A program made the position numbers and the translations under genes. A stretch of DNA of 64,000 nt. Source: Macrostomum lignano (Eukaryota). The DNA lies in NCBI GenBank assembly GCA_002269645.1, contig NIVC01001848.1, positions 124,001 to 188,000 on the forward strand. Reading direction: 5' to 3'. This document shows, piece after piece, positions 1-10,275 of this stretch (within the stretch, counting starts at the first letter, position 1; every line of letters begins with the position of its first letter). The notes under the pieces are model-generated. The model had not been told where the DNA came from and ran no database searches. It saw only the letters and a program-made list of their open reading frames with translations.

Positions 1-300
1 AAGGGAGAGATGAGAAGTGAGTGAGGAAAGAGGAGGGAAGGGGAGAGAATCGAGAGGACAGGGAAAATTGGTGAAAAGGAGGGAGGAGAAGAAAGAAGGG
101 AGAGATTAGAGAGAAGAGAGATGGGACACAGGAGAGAGCAGAGAGATGAGAGGAGAGAGCAGAGAGAAGGGGGACAGCAGAAAGAAATGAGAAGAGATAA
201 GAGAGGAGGAAGGAGATATGAGAGACAAGAGACGGGAGAGAAGAGAGGTAACAAAAGAGTAGATAGAAGTTTCAAAGGATCCAAGGGACATAGCCCATAG
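1..300. repeat. GA-rich low-complexity tract
   Basis: Purine-only AG/GGA/GAA motifs from the window edge to ~300. ORF 106..456(-) is its L/S-rich shadow. Confidence 0.8.
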
Positions 301-1598
301 GGAGAGGCAGAGGTAGAGGCCAGAGTTTGCCTGACATTCTGCGTAGCAGCCAACAATATCAATGCTTGCTTGAAATCCTAATTTTACATAAATGTACTCT
401 ATTTTGTTTAACTCTATCCTAATGATTAACAAACTTTTGTTCAAGTTTGACCTCAAATTTTAAAATACATGCAAAAATAATTCTGGGAAATGGAGTTCCC
501 CGGGTTCAAAATCCGCGGGTTTCAATAGCTTGTATGCCATTAAAAAGTAAAATTAATACGTTGCGTCGCGCTGCATAGATATTTCCTTGTCGCGTTGCAC
601 CATACTGCACCATGTCGCGCCACCGTGCGACTTCCCGCGCCGCCACACGACCTCCAGCGCTGCGTTGCGCCGCTGCGCGCCGCACTGCGCCGCAACCTGG
701 CTGTTGTATATTGCAAAGGCATGCAATGCATAGGGATAGTTTGTGGACAGGGTTTCTAGAAACTTCTACAGCAGGACTTGTTTATGCATAGTTCCAGAAG
801 TTTCCTCTCCCGGTCTTTCTAGAACTTTCCTTCCTCGTGTGCATAAATATATAAGCTGCCCTCCTATTGGCCAAGCCCTGTTTGCTGCTACTGGGCACAC
901 GGATAATTATCTATCTTGCTTCTGCATTTGTTAATTCAAGAACAGAATACTGGCTACAGCCGCGCGTGCTGCGCCGATCTGAAATTTAAAAAATGTGCTG
1001 GATGCATGTCCATGAAAATGTCACTTTTTCCATTAGGGAGAAATAGGAATTAACTTTAACTTTTAACTTTTCAGAAGTTAAATTTTTGGCAAAAGTTAAA
1101 TATTTAACTAGTTACAGTTAATTTTTTTTCAAGCAATTGAATTAACTTTTTAACTTTTAACAAGTTAAAAAAATTGATTAATGTGCCTAGCACTGTCAAA
1201 AACAAGAAAGAAGAAATCATTACATTATTGAATGTCAAAAATGGCTTTTTATTTGAGTTCCTCCTTTTGTTGCAGACTTGTAGCCTCAATCGCTCAATGG
1301 CATGTGTAGGCCTACAATTTTTTGTGTTCATAGAATGAACTAGGCCTATAGTTATTCATAGGCTATACATAGTTCTATTGTCCATTGTCTACTACTAGGC
1401 CTAGGCCTATTGGACTTCTTGAACTTTAGTTAGGCCTACGACTATATAAATTATTTGTAATTTGATAGGATCATAAGTTGTCTATAGCCTATAGGCTATA
1501 TAGGTTTTTGATAGTATTGATTTCAAATTAAAGCTTCATTTTTTGTAGACTAAGGCCAACCAATAGGACATGGAGAATAGAAGTTTTAGGATAGAAAC

Positions 1599-1768
1599 AT
1601 GCATGTGCAACCTTGGGAATCACTCAGCCATTTCTATTGGCAACACATAGATGTAAGTTGCTATTGGCTGATAGTAGTCACATGATTACTCTTCCATCCA
1701 ATAGCGACTTACATGTGTGTGTTGCCAATAGAAACAGCCAGGTGAATCCCTTGGTTGTGCCCAAGCAT
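1599..1768. repeat. ~170-bp imperfect foldback (long inverted repeat)
   Basis: Arm ttctattggcaacacatagatgtaagttgctattgg (1632-1667) pairs with ccaatagcgacttacatgtgtgtgttgccaatagaa (1698-1733). Pairing extends outward to caacc/ggttg (1608/1757). Confidence 0.85.
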
Positions 1769-2676
1769 AGATAGAAAGAGAATCTTAATGGGGAGGTTAG
1801 CAATAGCATAAAATTTTTTTGAATATTAGATAGATAAACTCTAAGACCAGGGTCAGGGAGGTCTAAAGGGTGCCACCAAATTCATTAATATCTAATTTAT
1901 CAACTCTATTGATGAATTCAATTTATCTTACTATGCATTGTTGACAAATTTGGTTGCTTGACTAAATACTGTTAACTAATCTTAAAAATTAAAAGACAAA
2001 GCCTATTAAGATAAGAATATGCATATAAGATAACAAAGGCAAATGTTTTTTAATTAGGCCTAGGCCTAATATATATTTATTAATTATTTTTACACGCTGT
2101 TAAAACCTCAGAATTTTAAACTTTTTGAATTTTAATCCTAGAACTATAGGATTTATCTTTTTAATATCAAAATTTTCTCTTATTTATATCAACATCTATA
2201 ATCATTTAAAATAAATAATGTGATCTTATTAGGATAAAGTAGCATACTAAAATAAACATTAATAAAATAGCAATTATAAACAATTATAAATTATAAAATT
2301 ATGGTTGCTTAATTTTTTCAATGTAATGTATTTTATCAAAGGCCATTATTTTAAAGTCAATGTGTATTTTGCATATGAAATAAATTATATAAAATTAAAA
2401 AGGCCTAGGGCCTATATAATCTAAAGAGCTAATCAGAGACAGATTAAGTATATTGCATAAAAGTTAATTGTTAATTAATAGACTCCCTCTCTTTTTTCTC
2501 CCTCCTTTCTTTTCCTATTCTCTTCCTCTCCTTTCTTTCTTCTCCCAATTTTTTATTTTTTGCATTTTTTATTTTGCAAATTACTTTGGCCGGCAGCCAT
2601 TTCACCTGTCTAGTTTGGATGGGTCAGATAAGTATTGGGCATGTATGCATTAAGGACAGATATGATATTAGAAACC

Positions 2677-2954
2677 CCTATTGCAGCGCATGGCTTAAGT
2701 ACGCCAGACGCCTACACAACCTGCGCCACGCTGTGAAATGACTTACCTATGAAAGAAACTCTAAAGCAAAATTAACGCAGTTTTGGGTAAACGGCAGGAG
2801 TAACTATGACTGTCTTATCAAGCCTAAATGCCTCGGCATCTAATTAGTACCGCGCCGCGCCGTACTAATCGCCAAGCGCCGTACGCGCCGCGCCGCGCCG
2901 TATTAGATCCGCGCCGGACGCCGTCCGCCAAAATGCCCATGCGCTGCAATCAGG
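2677..2954. mobile_element. Non-autonomous TIR DNA element (MITE-like) with 9-bp TSD, carrying a 28S rRNA fragment
   Basis: Left end cct-attgcagcgcatggc matches the reverse complement of the right end, cctgattgcagcgcatgggc. Direct repeat ttagaaacc at 2668-2676 and 2955-2963. The element is a GC-rich island in AT-rich DNA. Confidence 0.8.
2785..2855 (+). pseudogene. 28S (LSU) rRNA fragment, helix 69-71 region; non-functional copy
   Basis: gggtaaacggcaggagtaactatgactgtctta-tcaagcct-aaatgcctcggcatctaattagt versus recalled eukaryotic consensus gggtaaacggcgggagtaactatgactctctta-aggtagcc-aaatgcctcgtcatctaattagt: 53/56 identical outside the central 8 nt. No flanking rDNA is present. Confidence 0.85.
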
Positions 2955-3742
2955 TTAGAAACCATTTAAAAAATAAAGATAGATAAAAAGCCTGTACTAG
3001 AAAATGAAAGAAAATAAAGTTGTCAATGCACAATTTGTTTAGAAAAAAACTATTTAATTGCTTTATAAAAGTTTTTCTTTCACATTACTAAGTATATCAA
3101 GTATATTAAAAAAATATAATAGATTTATAGCAAACAATAAATTAAATTGTTTCAAAAGCAGATGACCATTTTTAATTCTATGACTACTATGATTTTATTT
3201 TTCTGATATCCCAGTTGTAACAGATTTGTCTCCCAATTTTTCAACATTTAAAATTTGAGAATTAGTTCTATTTTAGCTTTATCCTTAATGCATGCAAGAG
3301 AAGAGATCTTTATTGTTCTTTTCTTAAATTTCAATGCAAAGGCTAAAAGTAATGAGTAGTAATAGTGAGTTGAAAGTGTCCACTTCTTGTGGATATACCC
3401 AAGAAATATTTTCTTGTTTAAAGTAATTTAAAATACAAAACTACAGTATAAGAAAAACTTGAAACTAACAAACTGGTATTTCTATAGTTGTAGCCACTGG
3501 AGCAGAATCTGCTTTAGATTTTAGCATAGTTACCATAGCAATTACCTATTGCCAATAGTTAAAATTAGAACACAAATATTAGTTAGACTTATTGTGACTA
3601 TGAGACCATTTAACTCTACACAAGAAAAAAACTAGACATTTACAAGAATCATATAAATATTGGCTTTTATGCATGCTTGTATATTATCTGTATAAGCAAT
3701 TAGTTCGATTACTAGCTTAATAAATAAAACAACCAACTAGCC

Positions 3743-6580
3743 ATGAGCGGCAGTGCAGCAGTGGCAGCCTCAGCCGAGCCAGAGAAGCCAGCAGAGCCCA
3801 AGGAGGCCGAAGCCGATTCTGGAGCTGTTCGTAAGCCGAACGATTCTCGATTTCATCAGCAGAGGCTGCCCGCATGGCAACCGTTGCTAACGGCCAAGCC
3901 CGCATTCTGTCTGTTCTTCATCATCGGTATTGTGTTCGTACCATTGGGCGCGTTTTTGTTGACAACTTCTCAATCGGTTGAAGAGATCAAAACTGACTAT
4001 ACAAATTGCAAGAATGGATCCAGCTTCTGTCTGGCACTGGTAAGATATTAGCATTTGTCTGTTAGGTTCCCTGAGGCTGTAAGGCAGAGTTTTCTTTGTT
4101 GGAGGCGCCATTTCACTTGATTAGGCGCCATTTCAATTGACTAGGTGCCATTTCACTTGATTAGGCGCCATTTCACTTTGACTAGGCGCTATTTCAATTG
4201 ATTAGGCGCCATTTTATTTCACTAGGCGCCATTTTATTTGACTAGGCGCCATTTCACTTGACTAGGCGCCATTTCATTTCACCAGGCGCCATTTCATTTG
4301 ACTAGGCGCCATTTCACTTGACTAATCGCTCACGAAACAAAATATCACGATGATCTTCATTGTTTTATGCTTTCAAAGCTTGTGTCATTGAATGGTCTCT
4401 GCTGGTACAACCTAGCTGGTGTCCTTAGTTGACCTCTGTTGTTGCAACATGCTTATGTCCTGAAATGACCTTTTCCGGTATTAAAGCTGCTAATTGCCCA
4501 CTGATTTCATTCCAGGTGAGCACGCCAGAATACTACGCCAACTTCCAGAGCTGCCAGTGCATGGTGGACATCAAACTGCCCAACAACCTGACTGGCCAGG
4601 TGTACGCCTATTACGCCCTGACTAATTTCTATCAGAATCATCGGCGCTACGTTAAAAGCCGGGACGACGGCCAACTGCAGGGCACAAAGATGGACAACCT
4701 GCTGGATGACTGCAATCCCTATAGGCAGAGCCCGTCTGGCCAGTGGTACGCTCCCTGCGGCGCCATCGCTAATAGCCTATTCAACGACACGTTCCAGCTG
4801 TTCTACAACCGGCCAGACGGCTCCGGCCGGGTAGCCGTGCCCTGGACCTCGACCGGCATAGCCTGGGACAGCGATCGGGCCCGCAAATTTGCTCGCATCA
4901 GTTCGTGGAATAATACCGTTAAGCCTGTGAATTGGCCCAAGTCGGCTAAGGAGAGGAATGCCGACGCTTATCAGGTTAGGGTTGGCAACTTGACGAGGAG
5001 ATCGGGTCCTTAAATGACCTTTCATATCAGTGACGCTTGTTTTGAAGTTTGTATGATTTTCGAGCCGGTGTCCTTGAATGACCTCTACAGGTGCAACTTG
5101 CACTGTGTCCTTGAATGACCTCTACAGGTGCAACTTGCACTGTGTCCTTGAATGACCTTTACAGGTGCAACTTGCACTGTGTCCTTGAATGACCTTTACA
5201 GGTGCAACTTGCACTGTGTCCTTGAATGACCTTTACAGGTGCAACTTGCACTGTGTCCTTGAATGACCTTTACAGGTGCAACTTTCACTGTGTCCTTGAA
5301 TGACCTTTACAGGTGCAACTTGCACTGTGTCCTTGAATGACCTTTACAGGTGCAGCTTTCACTGTGTCCTTGAATGACCTTTACAGGTGCAACTTGCACT
5401 GTGTCCTTGAATGACCTTTACAGGTGCAGCTTTCACTGTGTCCTTGAATGACCTTTACAGGTGCAGCTTTCACTGTGTCCTTGAATGACCTTTACAGGTG
5501 CAACTTTCACTGTGTCCTTGAATGACCTTTACAGGTGCAACTTGCACTGTGTCCTTGAATGACCTTTACAGGTGCAACTTGCACTGTGTCCTTGAATGAC
5601 CTTTACAGGTGCAACTTGCACTGTGTCCTTGAATGACCTTTACAGGTGCAACTTGCACTGTGTCCTTGAATAGCCTTTACTTTACCAGGCACTACTTCAA
5701 CTTATGCGGTGTCTTTGAAAAATGTTTTTAAAGTTCAATTTAGGCTTCTGTCATTAAAAGACCAATTTCTGGATCTACTTAAAATGGTTACAGGTATTCC
5801 CGCCTTCCTGATGGACCTACATACACGGTTGTAGATTTTACTGGTGTCCCTAATAATAATAATTGATTACACCTGCCCTATTGGGCCAGATGTGCAACCG
5901 ACAGCTCAGCCGCAGCTATTGCGCGGCGAATCTGAAGGCTGCGTACGGCTGTTCAGTCCAAGGACTGGGGTCTCGCCGCACACACCCTCAATTGCCCCAG
6001 CTAATGCTGGCACCCATTTTACAACTGGGTGAACTGGAGCAATGCAGAGTTAAGTGTCTTGCTCAAGGACACAAATTGTTCCAGTGGGATCGGGAATCGA
6101 ACCCCCGACGCTCTAACCACTAGGCTACATCCCATGGTGTCCCTAGATGACCTAAATTACCTGCTTAGTGTCTTTAAATGGTCTCTTTTCCACTGCAACA
6201 TAGGCAAATCGATTGTCCTCAAATAAGCTTATGTTTCGGCTTCCTTAACCCGTGCCCTTTAGGGTGACGAAGAGCTAATAGTCTGGATGCGAACCGCCGC
6301 CTTGCCATCGTTTCGCAAGCTGCACCGCATCATACAGCACGATTCGGCTGCAACGAATCTGTTCAAAGACGGCCTGCCTGCCGGCAACTATTCGCTAGTG
6401 GTTAACTACGCCTACCCTGTCAGCTCGTTTGCCGGCACCAAGTCTTTCATATTGACAACTTCAACTTGGCTGGGCGGCCGGAATCCCGCTCTCGGCATTA
6501 TCTACCTGGTTGTTGGCTCTCTGCACGTTATTCTTGGCATCATCTTTGTGGGAGTTTTTCTCTACTCGAGAAAGAAGTGA
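3743..6580 (+). CDS. TMEM30A: CDC50/LEM3-family P4-ATPase flippase beta subunit (cell cycle control protein 50A-like), 3 exons, ~357 aa
   Basis: Exons 3743-4039, 4516-4974 and 6263-6580, all GT-AG, phase 0. Family motifs include QQRLPAWQP, YYALTNFYQNHRRYVKSRDD.QL, PCGAIANSLFNDTF, EELIVWMRTAALPSFRKL and WLGGRNPALGI. Two predicted TM segments lie near the termini. Confidence 0.95.
4103..4325. repeat. 20-bp minisatellite (aggcgccatttcacttgact), ~11 copies, CDC50 intron 1
   Basis: Tandem units read directly from the sequence. Confidence 0.92.
5068..5680. repeat. 37-bp minisatellite (gtgtccttgaatgacctttacaggtgcaacttgcact), 16 copies plus a partial, CDC50 intron 2
   Basis: Unit starts at 5068 and 5660 are 16 x 37 bp apart. 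Confidence 0.95.
5853..6134 (-). mobile_element. tRNA-head SINE with CORE (MIR-like) domain, in CDC50 intron 2
   Basis: Minus strand: A box tagcctagtgg and B box ggttcgattcc, then gtgtccttgagcaagacacttaac...gtaaaatgggtg resembling the MIR/CORE core, then an (ATT)n tail at 5851-5863. An 11-bp TSD tggtgtcccta lies at 5842-5852 and 6135-6145. Confidence 0.85.
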
Positions 6581-6670
6581 GTTAAATTATTTCTGGTTTT
6601 TTACCTTTTCCATTAACCCATTTGCGCTTCTGAATTCTTCAGATAAGCTTTTTATCTAAGATAAAATTTG

Positions 6671-8222
6671 TCCAAGAATCCCTCCTCTTGGTTCTCTAAG
6701 AATCGAATCGCCCCTCCTAACTCTCCAAGAATCCCTCCTCTTGGTTCTCTAAGAATCGAATCGCCCCTCCTAACTCTCCAAGAATCCCTCCTCTTGGTTC
6801 TCTAAGAATCGAATCGCCCCTCCTAACTCTCCAAGAATCCCTCCTCTTACATGTAGTCCTCCAAGAATCGCCCCTCTTAACTCTCCAAGAATCGCCCCTC
6901 TTAGCTCTCTAAGAATCGCCCCTCTTAGCTCTCCAAGAATCACCCCTCTTAGCTCTCCAAGAATCGCCCCTCTTAGCTCTCCAAGAATCGCCCCTCTTAA
7001 CTCTCCAAGAATCTCCCCTCTTAGTTCTCCAAGAATCGCCCCTCTTAACTCTCCAAGAATCGTTTATCTTAGCTCTCCAAGAATCGCCCCTCTTAGCTCT
7101 CCAAGAATCGCCCCTCTTAACTCTCCAAGAATCTCCCCTCTTAGTTCTCCAAGAATCACCCCTCTTAGCTCTCCAAGAATCGCCCCTCTTAACTCTCCAA
7201 GAATCGCCCCTCTTAACTCTCCAAGAATCGCCCCTCTTAACTCTCCAAGAATCGCCCCTCCTAACTCTCCAAGAATCGCCCCTCTTAACTCTCCAAGAAT
7301 TGCCCCTCTTAACTCTCCAAGAATCGCCCCTCTTAACTCTCCAAGAATCGCCCCTCTTAACTCTCCAAGAATCTCCCCTCTTAGTTCTCCAAGAATCACC
7401 CCTCTTAGCTCTCCAAGAATCACCCCTCTTAGCTCTCCAAGAATCGCCCCTCTTAACTCTCCAAGAATCTTCCCTCTTAGTTCTCCAAGAATCGCCCCTC
7501 TTAACTCTCCAAGAATCGTTTATCTTAGCTCTCCAAGAATCGCCCCTCTTAGCTCTCCAAGAATCGCCCCTCTTAACTCTCCAAGAATCGCCCCTCTTAA
7601 CTCTCCAAGAATCGCCCCTCTTAGTTCTCCAAGAATCACCCCTCTTAGCTCTCCAAGAATCACCCCTCTTAGCTCTCCAAGAATCGCCCCTCTTAACTCT
7701 CCAAGAATCGCCCCTCTTAACTCTCCAAGAATCGCCCCTCTTAGCTCTCCAAGAATCGCCCCTCTTAACTCTCCAAGAATCGCCCCTCTTAGCTCTCCAA
7801 GAATCGCCAATCTTAACTCTCCAAGAATCGCCCCTCTTAACTCTCCAAGAATCGTTTATCTTAGCTCTCCAAGAATCGTTTATCTTAGCTCTCCAAGAAT
7901 CGCCCCTCTTAGCTCTCCAAGAATCGCCAATCTTAACTCTCCAAGAATCGCCCCTCTTAACTCTCCAAGAATCGTTTATCTTAGCTCTCCAAGAATCGTT
8001 CATCTTAGCTCTCCAAGAATCGCCCCTCTTAGCTCTCCAAGAATCGCCCCTCTTAGCTCTCCAAGAATCGCCCCTCTTAGCTCTCCAAGAATCGTCCATC
8101 CTAGCTCTCCAAGAATCGCCCCTCTTAGCTCTCCAAGAATCGCCCCTCTTAGCTCTCCAAGAATCTCCACTCTTAGCTCTCAAAGAATCGTCCATCCTAG
8201 CTCTCCAAGAATCTTCTCTCTT
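6671..8222. repeat. 24-bp minisatellite (ctctccaagaatcgcccctcttag), ~60 copies, just 3' of the CDC50 stop
   Basis: 8-aa periodic ORFs on both strands (LQESPLLA / WRAKRGDS). The first ~170 bp has a ~53-bp derived unit three times. Confidence 0.95.
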
Positions 8223-9526
8223 AGTTGGCCTTTATAAGTAATGCACGATCGTGTTTTGTTTAGATGATTATGCTTGTGCGTACTATAAGCATGGTTTATA
8301 AGTTATAATTTAACCCAAAATCAATTATTACGGTGCTTGATAAGGATACTCTATCTAGCCAATGGACTGAATTATTAATTTGAATGCTGTTATGCGTAAT
8401 TGCAACCCAGGCCTCTAGTGGCTGAAATCGGCATGGATTAGGTAATGATAAATATATATCTGTCAAATTGGTAATGATAGTCAGTCTGCTTTCGCATTTT
8501 ATTGGCATCTTACAATGACTGAATTTGCACTATACTAAATCAGGCGTAAATTCCATTGAAAACGGTTACCGTGACCAGAAGCGCTAAAGAATCATTACAA
8601 ACAACTCACTAGCGACTCTGTGACGCTTCTCAGTCTGGGTACCGTTTTCATCGGGAATGCCGAATGTTTATCCATGCATCGCCTACTCTCTGCTCCGTAA
8701 TGCTTTATTGTTATGTAGCCATTCTGCCGCTTTTGAGTACGCCATGAACAGAAATCATCAATAGCGCCACATTATTGCTATAGTAGCTACTTATAGTAGC
8801 AAGCAGTATTTGCTAAAAGGCAAAAAAGAGGAGGGAATGCAATTCAATGTCTGTTTTACTACACTGTACTTTTATATTGTTTATCTCATTGCACGCATCT
8901 GTTAGAGACAGGATTTAGAATCAACTCCGTCAAGGCTTAAGATAATGTCTGGACAACAGCAGCACAGTACACTGCCGCAGTGATTGTTAGTGTGTCGGTT
9001 TATAAATATTGACAATTACATGTTAGTTCGCTTTGTTTGATCACGTAGTAGATACTATATTAGACATTAGCTTGCTAGTGCTGTGATTATATGTACCCCT
9101 ATCTATAGGTGTACTACTATAAGTAGAGGGACGCTGCACTCGAAAATACTGACTAAGCTGCCCGTATTTCAGGATGAAATAGGATAAACGAGCCCCAGAA
9201 GTTGGTACCCTGCCAGTGTGACCCACCAGATTCCGGGGATTATTGACATTCGAGCGTGTTCAGCGCCGTAGTGACATGCTCTCACCTGTTTGCAAGCATT
9301 ACTTTTAACAACAAGCACAACTTCACGCTTAAAAAACTGCCATGCTCAAAATACCGAGATATGTTTTTCTAAACGGGTTGTGCAATTAGACAATTTGGTC
9401 GAGAGAATCAACGCATTTCAAAAAAACAATCGCAATTTACATAATTTGTGAGCATAGCGTCTCTTTACTTATTGTAGCTGTCCGTGCATCTGTACATGAA
9501 TGCGTTCTGTTCAGCACAGCCTGAAT

Positions 9527-10275
9527 CAGGGGTCGGCAATGTTTTTACCTCAAGGGCTAGATAGAGAACTTGGCGCATGACTGCGGGCCGGAGGGGGAGA
9601 GAGGAGAGATGAGATAGGAGAGGTGAAGGGAGAGAAGAGAAGGAGAGGTAAGAGAAGAGGGGTGAGAAATGAGATAGGAGAGGTGAAGGGAGAGAAGAGA
9701 AGGAGAGGTAAGAAAAGAGGGGGGAGAGATGAGATAGGAGAGGTGAAGGGAGAGAAGAGAAGGAGAGGTAAGAGAAGAGCGAGGAGAGGTAAGAGAAAAG
9801 GATGGGAGGTAAGAGAAAAGAAGGAGGAGAGGTAAGAGAAAAGAAGGAGGAGAGGTAAGAGAAGAGAGAGGAGAGGTAAGAGAAGAGAAGGAGAGGTAAG
9901 AGAAGAGAAGGAGAGGTAAGAGAAGAGAAGGAGAGGTAAGAGAAGAGAAGGAGAGGTAAGAGAAGAGAGAGGAGAGGTAAGAGAAGAGAAGGAGAGGTAA
10001 GAGAAGAGAAGGAGAGGTAAGAGAAGAGAGAGGAGAGGTAAGAGAAAAGGATGGGAGGTAAGATAAAAGAAGGAGGAGAGGTAAGAGAAAAGGAGGAGAG
10101 GTTAGAGAAGAGAGAGGAGAGGTTAGAGAAGAGAGAGGAGAGGTAAGAGAAGAGAAAGGAGATTAGAGAGAACGCAGCTGAGAAGAGACACAAACCTTGA
10201 GCGGGCCGGATTGCTATTGTGAAGTTGAAAAGCACGGATAGAGAGGCTTTGCGGGCCTGGGTTTGCCGACCCCTG
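9527..10275. mobile_element. hAT-like (Charlie-type) non-autonomous element with GA-rich interior
   Basis: Perfect 13-bp TIR caggggtcggcaa (9527-9539) / ttgccgacccctg (10263-10275). Subterminal gcgggcc motifs are present. The 8-bp flanks gcctgaat and gcgctaaa match only 4/8, so there is no clean TSD. Confidence 0.7.

Noticed and set aside
2686-2698. gcatggcttaa matches the reverse complement of the 18S rRNA 5' region
   Set aside because: Only 11 nt with no extension on either side, and it overlaps the TIR; compatible with chance.
2785-2855. Functional rRNA gene, group I intron or R2 junction
   Set aside because: The match is only ~70 nt with helix 69 pairing broken. Homology continues on both sides of the target site with no inserted ORF or intron core.
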